Assembly: GCF_037042905.1 (NCBI RefSeq)
Contig: NC_087251.1
Span: forward strand, 47,680,001-47,744,000
DNA from: Lytechinus pictus
Taxonomy: Eukaryota
DNA length: 64,000 bases
Direction of reading: 5' to 3'
Shown: piece after piece, positions 38,900 through 50,900 of the stretch
Layout: each line of letters starts with the position of its first letter
Numbering within the stretch: position 1 is the stretch's first letter
Notes under the pieces: model-generated
What the model saw: only the letters and a program-made list of their open reading frames with translations
What the model was told of the DNA's origin: nothing
The model's database searches: none
Made by a program: the position numbers and the translations under genes

Positions 38900-40161
38900 G
38901 TAAGTTTGTTTTTATTTTTCAGTAATTATAGATGAATATAGTCTATTTTTTCCAATATTATAGTTCGTAAGAATGCGGAAATCCTGGCACATAATCCCTT
39001 GAAATCAGTGGAAAATGCCCGACGTTCATTGTTCCTTGAGCTGAGCTATGCTATTCCGCCCAGCTAGCTAGCCGCGCTCGAAGGCAACACTGGTATACCG
39101 GTACCGGTATGTACGGTAGCCTGATTTCAGACACCCAGCCAGTCCAAGCCAGGATTTGGCTTGTGATGATTCGATTGATCATATCAGTTAGATCTCTATT
39201 ATTTTGGCGCCATTATTTTTTACTCTTTGAATTAATTATATTTCTAAGGTATACCCGGTATTTGTGGGAAATTACTCTGATAGTGATATTGATAAAACAC
39301 AATTTAGTTGCAAATAAGCCTGGTCGACCAGACTCGGACTCGGAGGTCAATATTATAGATACCGGTCATAATTTTGTTTTGCATTAATGTAGTGCACAGC
39401 CAGCAAAGAGTCTGACTTATCAGTGTCACCACTTTTACAACCAAAATTAAAATTTCATTTTCAGTAAGGTGCCTAAATTCTAACATTTGTTTTGTCTAAC
39501 GTAGTTGGTCTAACTCCTAGTAACAGTTAGCTCCTTTAACGTAAGCACTAAGCAGAGTGGAAATTAGACAGACGCAGATGGCGGCTGTCTGTTTCGAGGA
39601 GTTAAAAAAAAAAAAAAAAATTGAATGATTTCTCTTCGTACACAGACGGCTTGCGATCGTGCAGCCGCCATTAGGGGGCAAAATGCAAAAATTCCCCCCT
39701 TCATTGATTTTTGTCTTTATTTCATAAAAATATATAGGCTAAAAAGAACTGGACCAAGATAAAGATTAATTATTATTCCGTTTTGGCCTGAAATGCACCA
39801 AAACTGGAAAAAAATAAACTAAAAAGAACAAAAAACAGTGACTTGCTTTGGCTGTCGCGCAACTCCACTTCTCTGGTTTTGCCGAACTTTATACATAAAC
39901 ATATACGGCCATTGAGTGCCTGTACAGATCGAGTTAGAACTTCGGTCTCTGTAATTGGTGAGTGGAGCCAACGGAGTTCAGCGGAACAACCAATACAACA
40001 GAGACCGAAGCTTTTGGTCTAAATGGAAATGGGATAAACTTGCATCAACATTTTATCTATTTTTGAAATAATTTTTTTTTCTGATTTTTTTTAAAACTTG
40101 AACATGAAGGTGCAGTTTGATTGTGAGATTCCGTACGATCCTGCCAATCCCAACAGGCAAC

Positions 40162-43100
40162 ATGTCTACAAACTCTGCCGTGAGCTCAGCATTCGAATCA
40201 TTGTGGACACCTATAAAATCCGAAGATGAGCAGAGCAAGGGTCTTCGAGGATATGTTGGAACTCTAGAAGAAGCGCTGGTAGTTTTGAAGGCGTATGAGC
40301 TTGCATCATCCTTGAAAATCAACAAAAATTTTGAAACTTCTTCTGGACTTGGTGACAATTGTTTAAGAAGTATGTAACTGAACAGAAGTAGATTTTGCTA
40401 TTCCATTTGAAAAAAAAAGTTTTAAATTAATGTAAACCATATATTTAATTGAACCCCCACTGAATTTTAATTGGTTGAAAACTAATCCATTTCTTGAAAA
40501 ATATTGATGGCATACCGTATTGCTCTGGCCTAACAAAGGTAGTGTAACAGGCTAAAAAGACAAATGCTTTAGAAATTTTAAATTTTGATGGCTTTGTGGT
40601 GGACAAAATTTATCATTCAAGATGCAAAAAATAGGGTTTGACTGTAGAAGCATGGCACCGTGGGTAAACTAAGTGTGCAATGATGAATACATCAATTCAG
40701 TAATGAAATGGTTGATGTTTCTTTTATCTATTTTTATTTCATTAATTTCAGTTGAAAATTGCAATATATATCATATATATATTTTCATCACACTTTAATG
40801 AAAAAAAAATGTATATTCAACAGATCAATTGAAATGATGTTGCCATGCAAACAAAACAAAGAATTACAAAGAAAATATAATTAAACATACAAAATATTAC
40901 ATTTTTTGGTAAAATATAGCACGCTCACACAAGGGTATTATCTTTTGATTTTAATGTAAGCATTAGAGATTTATCTGAGAGCTATGTTATTGGTGCTGTG
41001 TGATTCTGATACATATCAAAGAGGTTTCAAAACTGAATTATATATTGCACATTTTTTCATTGCTATTTTGTTTGATTCTGTGATTTTAGTACTGGCAAGT
41101 ATGTGGTCTCAACATGAAAACCTATTTAAAATCCACTGTAATTTTTGGTCAGTTTTTCAATTTCTGCCAAGTATTTTTAAAATTAATTTTTACTCAGACT
41201 GGTGTTTGACGGCTGTAGGCTCATGCAGGCATTCACTGCCTTGATTTTGGGATTGCGATGCGAGCATCTTATATCCCTAGTATTACCTAACACTTTTCAT
41301 AAATATTCAATCATATCAAACGCAATATTCTCATGAAATTTAAATAAACTGGTTTCTCTATCTAGTCAATACACTTAATTTTTTTTTTATTTTTTTATAA
41401 TGACAGATGCATCCAAGAAAGTCTGCTTTCTAGACCGTCAGGATGGTACGATTCCTGCGGATGGTGTCCCTTTCATGACTGTTCGTCATATCTCTTATGC
41501 ATGCGAGTATGGTCGGGACAAAAATGCTAAAAGTAGAAGGTCTGCGAAAGAGGATAGGGAAAAAATGCTCAGGGTGAGTAAATCGTTCTCATATTTTTTA
41601 TTTGTTGTTTTCAATACAGACAAGGAACATTATATAATATGAAAGGAAAAATAAATTGAGCCATTAAGTGATATTTTTATTCTGTATTTCTATGATATAT
41701 GTTATTTCTAGCATGTAAATGCATGTATACTTCATATATAAATGTACACATACGGTACTTATAACATTTGTAATATACTCCCGATTATTAAAGACGTACA
41801 ACTTCAAAATTATGGGTCCAATAAATGATTTATTGGACAAACAGAGCTTAAGTTTCTGTAAATTGGTCATGTATTGGATTAAAAACAATAAATGATAGTC
41901 GTGAAAGTCAATGAGGCATTTGTATTATTGCAAATGATGATTTACCTTTCTTAAAGGGGTACTCCAGGCTAAAAATAATATGATTTGAACAAATTTAAAG
42001 AAAAATCAGAAAAACAAGAGACTGATAATTTGACCAAAATCAGACAAGGATTGATGAAGTTATGACATATTAAAAATTTGCATTATTTCAATGAAACAAT
42101 TCATTGCTGCAACTTAGTTTATTAGGGAGACATATGAAATACCTATGATTAAATGTAATAACATAAGGAAAAGGAAAGTGGGGTCATAACATCAGCCCAC
42201 CTAATAAATATTCATGACATTGTACATACATGTATAGGCCTAATTGCTTTCACAAAGTTTTGCTAAGCTTTAAAATTCATCAACTCTTATTCGTAATCAG
42301 GGGTGCATTTCATAAAAGTATAAATTTCATATTTATATTTTTAATAATTTTACAGTTAAAAGCTACTAAAATCCTTCAATCTGATTGGCTGATAGTAAAT
42401 TTTTTATAGAAACTGTTTACTTGTTATACATAGGGATACTTAGGGAGTATACTGAACGAAGTCATTATGACTCTGTATTCAGTTCCAAATTCTTTCCCCT
42501 CTTTAGGTTGGCTGGATCATGTCCTGGTGGGTCAGCGTTGAACTTGCTATTATACCAAGTCTTTATAAAAGGGACCCAGATTTTGATTAAATTTTCAGCA
42601 TTTTACTCGGTGAATTTTACTCTATTTAGACATTGTTTTCAAGCCTTTCAGTAGGGGGATTCCTTGAAAATTTAGTGAATCAATTATCAATATCATTGGA
42701 AAAAATGTATGTTTTTAATTGTGTAATGATTCATGATCACATTGATAATCCATTTAAAGTCACAAATATTTTATACTTTTGTTATATCTTATCAGGGTGA
42801 GTCACCATCACAGAGACGCTACAAGAGAATCAAACGCCCAGAATCCAAAAAACTGGGATGTAAGGCTGTTGTACATGTGAAGCAGACAGCAAAGTTCATT
42901 GACTATACGGTAATTTTGCTTGCCAATGTACTTTTTCCATCTACAGTTACTATTGGAAGAGACCAGGGGGCCGTTTCATAAAGCTGTTCGTAAGTTAAGA
43001 GCGACTTTAAGAACGACTGGTGATCCTTTCTCATGGCTTAACCATCGCCAATGAATATACCTTTTACCACAAGAAAGGATCACCAGTCGTTCTTAAAGTC

Positions 43101-44961
43101 GCTCTTAAATTACGAACAGCTTTATGAAACACCCACCAGGGGCCTGTGTTACAAAGAGTTGTGATTGATCCGATCGACCACAACTATGGAAAGCCGGCAA
43201 CACCAATATCTAAAATGCATGTTTCTTCAAAATGTTTTCTAGATGTGATGTATACTCATATATTCATTGATGTCTTGACATTTCAGCATGCTCCTCATTG
43301 CTTACAAAGGACATTTTGCAAATTTCCTGTATCATGTAAAGTTATGACAATGATGGATTTCACATAACTGAGGTTGATTTCTAGATCAATCTCAACTCTT
43401 TGTAAGACGGGACACAGGGCTTTTTTTTTTAAGGGTTGTGATTGATTCGCTTCTGAAAAGTTTCTTTTATATAGGAAATGTACACAATATGGCCTTAGAA
43501 ACAAAAAGGAACACATTGAATTGTCAAGAAAATGATGCGTATATGAGTATACATCATATTTAGAGAACACTTTGATCAGAGATGCACTCTAGAAGTGCCT
43601 GTTGCTGACTTTATATAGATAATATTCCTTAGATCAGTAATTAATCTTTGAAAGACTGTGGCCAGAAAAATTATGTTTTTGGGTTATACCTCATTCACAT
43701 TTGCTCTACGGCGGCCGTATGGTGAGTCAAAAACAGCTGTTTTAACCTTTTTTGTAATAGCTACAAACAGGTGGTTTGAATAAAATGGCTGTTTTTTTTA
43801 CTCACGGTTCGGCCGCCGTAGAGCAGATGTGACTGAGGTATTATCCATCAGTCCCATATCATTGTTCTTGTGATGGTTTTGAAAATCTTTTTGGCTTGTG
43901 ATCCCCATTACAATTTTTCAATGTCATGAGGTGAATTCTTGTCAGACTATATATATATATATGCAGACACCTTGTGGGCGTTTCATAAAGATTTACATGT
44001 GACTGGTGACTTCATGGACATCTGGATTGCCTTACATTGATAATCATAGGCATTTATATAGCGCCACGTATCTTGAAATAATCTATTCTAAGGTGCATTG
44101 TTATTGTTATTACCCCGGCTTTAGCTCAAGCTGCCTTCCCACGCTTTTGTGCATTCAAGGAATCAATCCTGCCACGTACCCATTCACCTCACCTGGGTTG
44201 AGTGCAGTGCAATTGGGTAAATTTCTTGCTGAAGGAAAACACACCATGGCTGGGATTCAAACCCATGCCCCTCTGATTTGTGACCACTAGACCACAATGC
44301 CCCAATTGACCCAAATCAAATATTACATCACAGCAAATAATACTTTCTGATTATCCAATTGTAGACATATGTACCACACAAAAATGAAATCAAATTATTT
44401 GGGATAAGATATAATTTGATAATAAAATGATTATTTCTGTGTTTAAAATATTATTTCTATCATTGTTTGGTGAGTTTTTCTTCCTGACTCACTTGGTGTG
44501 ATAAAGCAGCTTGGAATGGATTGTACCTACATTTATTTGCATGCCATGTACTGAAATCTGCTTTTCATTCGTATGTACACTGTACATGATAAATTCTCTG
44601 TTGTGTTTTGTTTCTTATTTCAATGAATTGGCTGAAATATTATATATTTGCATGCCATACTGAAATCTATTTTTCATTTGTATGTACATGATTAATGCTC
44701 TATTGTGTTTTTGTTTCTTATTTCAATTAATGTAAATTCTATATATTTTTTAAATTAGTGTATAAAATTAGAGCTCTTTAAAAAAAGATTATTTATATAT
44801 ATATTTTTGCATAGGATATTAAGAATGGCTATCAGAAGAAGAAGGCAAGTGAGGCGATCAGGGGTGCACTACTGAAAGGGGAAAACCCAGCCATCGAGAC
44901 AAGATTTTACATCAGGCTTCCAAGCAGAGAGGAGCATCTAGAAACACATGATATAGGCGAG
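40162..44961 (+). CDS. N-terminal part: calcium-responsive transcription factor (CaRF/ALS2CR8)-like domain, exons 1-4
   Basis: Motifs GTIPADGVPFMTVRHISYACEYGRD, RPESKKLGCKAVVHVKQTAKFIDY and TRFYIRLPSREEHLETH give the C...C...H...H pattern of the CaRF domain (WRKY/GCM1/MULE-type zinc-binding DBD). The splice sites are strong. Confidence 0.8.
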
Positions 44962-47900
44962 GTATGCAAACACTTGGTAGAAGTTTCATTCTGTTGGTTT
45001 TTGTCTCACCCGCATAGCAGAGTGAGACTATAGGCGCCGCTTTTCCGGCAGGGTCAACACCAAATCTTAACCGAAGGTTAAGTTTTTGAAATGACAGCAT
45101 AACTTAGAAAATATATTGACCTAGTTCATGAAACTTGGTCATAAGGGTAATCAAATATTACTGAACATCCTGCCTGAGTTTCAAGTTACATGACCAAGTT
45201 GGGGATATCTGTTGAATTACCATCTTAACTTAAGTTTATGGATCTGATTCATGAAACTTAGACATAAAAGTAATCAAGTATCACTGAATATCCTGTGGGA
45301 GTTTCAGGTCACATGATCAAGGTCAAAGGTCATTTAAGGTCAATGAACTTTGGCCAAGTTGGGGTATTTGTTGAATTACCATCATAACTTTGAAAGTTTA
45401 TTGGTCTAGTTCATAAAACTTGTACAGTATCACTGAGCATCCTGTTCGAGTTCAGGTAACATGACCAAGGTCAAAGGTCAATGAACTATGGCCATGTTGG
45501 GATTATCTGTTGAATTATCATCATAACTTTGAATGTTTATGGATTTGATTCATGAAACTTGGACATGAGAGTAATCAAGTGTCACTGAATATCTCATGCG
45601 AATTTCAGGTCACATGACCAAAGTCAAAGGCTATTTAAGGTGAATGAACTTTGGCCATTTTGGAGGTAATTATTAGATTGCTGTCATAAGTTTCAAAGTT
45701 TATATATATAGTTTATAAAATGTGGATATTAAGGGTAATCAAGTATCACTGACAAGTCTTAGGTCGCATGATCAAGGTCAAATGTCATTTATTGTCAATG
45801 AACTTAGTATTGTATCATTATATGAATTGTGTTCTTTGTGAATAATTATATTATAGTAGACTTCAAAGTCAGCACTGCTGCTATATTAAATCGCGAGCAG
45901 GTGAGACTGCCAGAGGTGCTCCACTTGTTTACTGACAAGATTAACAGTGGCGTAGCTACGGGGGGGCCTGGGGGGGCACGTGCCCCCCCTGAGATTTGGT
46001 GTGCCCCCCCAGGTGCCCCCCCTGAAAAAAAATGGCAGAGCAAAAAAAAAAAGGAGAAAGAAGAAAAGAAAAAAGGAAAAGAAGAAGAAAGACAGAAGAA
46101 AAAAAAAGAAGAGGAAAATAAGAGGAGGAAGACGAGTGAATGATATAATGTGAGGGGAAGACTTGCAAAAAAAAAATCCTTCATGTTACTTTATAAAATT
46201 TTTGCTTGCGCTTCGCGCCAGAATTGCCTGTTCGATGAGATTCATATCTTGCTCAATAGGCTGATATGGAGCAAGTTTTGAAGTCAATATACAAAACATA
46301 TTTTAGCTCGGACATCGAGCTTTCATAATTTTTTTTCATTTACAAATTTAAGTGCTCTGTAAAATGTCCATTTTATGGTCTACATATCAGCATTTTAAGC
46401 TCACGCTGCGTGGTCACATTGTTTGATTTGCCAAGTTCATATTGTCTACGTGTCCCGGCTACGTGTATTCCATAATGTTCCATTAAACAAATGTATTCAG
46501 AATGCCCAGATTCTAGGTCTAAATCTAAAACATGCGCGATAGCCTGCATGTTCTTTATTTAAAATGTACTTAAATTATCCAGTTTCACATCAAAATATCA
46601 ATAATTGTCTGCTCACGCTTCACGATCGCATTATTAATGATACCCAATTAACTATATCCTATTTATGATTTACAAAATATGAATATAGTGTCCCGCTTTT
46701 AGGTCTAAAATCTCAATTTTCTTCCTCTCGCGCTTCGCGCTCGCATCAATTGTTTAGTTACATAACTATCCCATTTATTAATACAAAAAGTGCTTAGAAT
46801 GACCATTTTTTTAGGTCGGAATGTCAAAAAAATTTGCTCGCGCTTTGCGCTCGCATTATTGAAATATATACCATCTTCCTTAACAGGTCCCTTTTCGATA
46901 ATGCTAGAACAGTTAATAAAAATTTCTGCTAACGCTTGGCGTTCGCAGTAACCATCTAGTTACATACGAATATTGTTCAGGATCACACATTGATTGATTG
47001 ATTTTATTTGTCAGGTAACTATGAACAAGTACAAGGAAATATAAACAGAAGTGTATACCTTGACAGGATTACCCATGAAAGCCGAGATGGCTTATTTCCA
47101 ATGGGGTCCTTAAACATAACATTGCCCAGAATATCAAATTTTCAGGACAAAATACATGAAAGTAAAAAAAAATCGCTCGCGCTTCGCGCTCGCACTTTTT
47201 ATAAGGCTTATGAGATTATTTCATGTTTATGTTGTTTTATAAGAATAAAACTGAGAAGGTACTGATCGGGTAAAATATAGGTGAAGATAATTTCGGGCCC
47301 CGTCCCATATTGACGAAAGTCGGATCCGCCCTTGTGACACATACACACACCGAAAAAAATGGTGCCCCCCCTGAAAAAGCAAGGACCCCCCAGTGCCCCC
47401 CCAGGAAAAAAATCCTAGCTACGCCACTGAAGATTAAATGTTGTGAAATGTCCCTCTTGTTTTTTTTTTAGGTATGAGTGTGTTCAGTTTATCCTTACAA
47501 AGATCTAAAAATTAAAAAAAATTGAAATTGAAGGTCTGTTGTAAATCATCATGGATTCCTTTTATTTTTGTCTCACCTGCATAGCAGAGTGAGACTATAG
47601 GCGCCGCTTTTCCGACGGCGGCGGCGTCAACACCAAATCTTAACCTGAGGTTAAGTTTTTTAAATGACAGCATAACTTAGAAAGTATATGGTCCTAGTTC
47701 ATGAAACTTGGCCATAAGGTTAATCAAGTATTACTGAACATCCTGCCTGAGTTTCATGTCACATGACCATGGTCAATGGTCATTTAGGGTCAATGAACTT
47801 AGACCATGTTGGGGGAATCAACATCAAAATCTTAACCTAAGGTTAAGTTTTTGAAATGTCATCATAACTTAGAAAATATATGGACCTAGTTCATAAAACT

Positions 47901-50900
47901 TATACATAAGGTTAATCAAGTATCACTGAACATCCTGCATGAGTTTCACGTCACATGACCAAGGTCAAAGGTCATTTCGGGTCAATGAACTTTGGCCGAA
48001 TTGGGTGTATCTGTTGAATCACCATCATAACTTTAAAAGTTTATGGATCTGATTCATGAAACTTGGACATAATAGTAATCAAGTATTACTGAACATCCTG
48101 TGCAAGTTTCAGGTCACATGATTAAGGTCAAAGGTCATTTAGGGTCAATGAACTTTGGTCAAATTGGGGTATTTGTTGAATTACCGCCATAACTTTGAAA
48201 GTGTGTTGGTCTAGTTCATGAAACTTGGACATAAGAGTAATCAAGTATCACTGAACATTCTGTGCGCATTTTAGGTCACATGACCAAGGTCAAAGGTCAA
48301 TGAACTTTGGCCATAATGGGGGTATCTGTTTAATTACCATTATAACTTGGAAAGTTGTTGGATCTTACTCTTGAAACTTGGACATAAGAGTAATCAAGTA
48401 TCACTGAACATCCTGTGTGAGTTTCAGGTCACATGATCAAGGTCAAAGGTCATGTAAGGTCAATGAACTTTGGCCACGTTGGGGGTATTTGTTGAATTAC
48501 CATCATATCTCTATAAGTGTATTGGTCTAGTTTATAAAACGTGGAAATAAGAGTAACCAAGTATCACTGAACATCTTGTGCGAGTTATAGTAGTTTTCAA
48601 AATCAGCACTGCTGCTATATTGAATCGCGTGATGCAGGTGAGACGGTCAGAGGCATTCATCTTGTTTCATGAATGATGACACTAGGTGAATTGAGTTTGG
48701 TGCCCAAAGCTTCATATGAAAAAAAATGAAAGAAAGCTTTGCTGTGTACAAATGAGAATGACAGGATTGTAATTAGATGCATGCCTTCTATTTCTATTTT
48801 ACATTCAAATTAATTGCCCATGTCAAATATTTTCAACCAACATTTGAGTCACATATATCAGCTTTTTTATCATCCATATAGAATTTTAAGTCAGTCATTC
48901 AAGGAGACCTGAAACTGTTGTGTCATAGATGGTGTATAATATAGGCCCTGTTTTTTATCATTATTATTTACACAGTATACTGTTCCAAATAGGAGTCTAT
49001 TGGAGGGTGCATTGCTAAACCGGGCTGTCAGGTACGGCTACAGTTGTGTGTGTCTAAAAATAATCTCTACTCTCTTACTATCTCTGTACCTCCCCTTCTC
49101 TCTCTTTCTTCTTCTTTCTCTCCCCCCTCTTCCTTATTTTTTTCTCTTGTCTTCTACATAACAAATGACCGGTCAATCAAAATAAAATATCAGCTGTTTT
49201 TAAAAATCCTTTATATAAAACCACTTTTCATGCCTGGAATTGTCTAAATACATCAAGATGACATCTTTGTAGGTTTTGATATCTAGTCACTAAATTTATG
49301 AGATAGGGACTCAAAAGCCCCTTTTTAAAGCAAAAATAAAAATGTCAGCATGAGTGGGCTCTAGGTATTTATAATAAAAGAATTTTACAGAGAATTAACT
49401 GATGGGATAACCTTCAACAGCCACCACCACAGGTTTGTAAGATTAGAATGTTAGATGGTAAATGAGGATAATTAACATTATTGACCTTTTATAAAAGCTT
49501 TTACAACCCACCTTAAAAGATAGGTTTTAATCATCTGAATATGTAAAGATCACTGGAGTTAAAAGTAGGCCCCCTATTTAAGTAATTCAGATTGAGCAAT
49601 AAATGTTACATTGGCTGGCCACATCCCAACCTGTTGGAAGTTATACATGTACATGCATTTACTGGTAACTTTGCCAAGGTCGAATCTATTGGGACAGCAA
49701 AAATATATTTTAGAACAGGTATATTTTACAGGGGGATACTTTTGAAAGTGGAAGTGGGGCTGAACATGAATAAAATCACAACTTGAAGGTCATTTTAACA
49801 TCAAATTGAATTGAATTGAATTTGAAACTTTTTAAACCCATGCAGACGGGAAATCGGCCTCCACTATTGCATTACAAAAATATAAAGAAAATTAAGTTTA
49901 CAAATGAGATGACAAATATAAATCAACATTCCAGCTGAAGTAACCCAATTTAAACATAGGGTCTAGTATAGCAGTAATTATAACATTTGAATAAGGAAAA
50001 AAGAATCCATGTATTTTTTTATATCCGAAATCTATTTGAATTTTAGAATAGGTTGATTTATGCAAGTTTTTAAATTGTTTACGGTATGATTCTTTACAGC
50101 AGTAAACCTTTGAGGAATCCATTTACCAATAAGGGTAGTGGAATGACCTGTCATGCCCTCAGACTAAGACCCGGGGAGGAGCTGAGGGGGAAACTCTTTG
50201 AATACGTCCAAAACCATGGCCTCAAGGCGGCATTCATCTTGACGTGTGTCGGCAGCCTCCAGACGGTGTCTCTAAGAATGGCTGATTCAGTGACGGTGAG
50301 GCATACCGGTTAATTCCCACTTGGGGGGGGGGGGGGGGTCACAAAGGTTCAAGTGTGACTTGAGTTGCACCTTAGTCATACCTAACTATTTGCCAGACAC
50401 CCCCCCCAGGTCATCACCACATTGATCAAGTCATGCAAAGAGGACACACACTACTTTGTAATAATCATTCAGGTTACATATCATTTGTAATATCATCAGC
50501 ACTCATGCATGACTCCAAGTCACACTTCTTTGTGAAACACCCCCCAGGTCTAATAATAGACGGTCCAATTCACAGATTGGCTAACACTATCGTGGCAAAA
50601 CCCACTTGGTCCACACAATCCATTTGGTCTAATTTCTGTGTGATCCAACCATCACTTGGTCAATACCCATGTGTTCTAAAAGTAGATGGTCTCACAAGCA
50701 GATTTGCTAACACCGTCATGGCAAAACCCACTTGGCCTACTGTCTTGGTCAAATTATTGTTTGACCCAACCATCCCTTAGGATGTGTTGTAAGAAAATAT
50801 TGGTGATCAATTGCAAATATTGTGTTGTAATTTTACAATTGATAGATCAATTTTAACTGTAGCAAATCAGATTACACTTCTTGTTTCAAGAAGCATGTTA

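Noticed and set aside
45829..46184. Lys/Glu-rich and Phe/Ser-rich ORFs
   Set aside because: Translations of a purine-rich low-complexity tract inside the hAT-type element.
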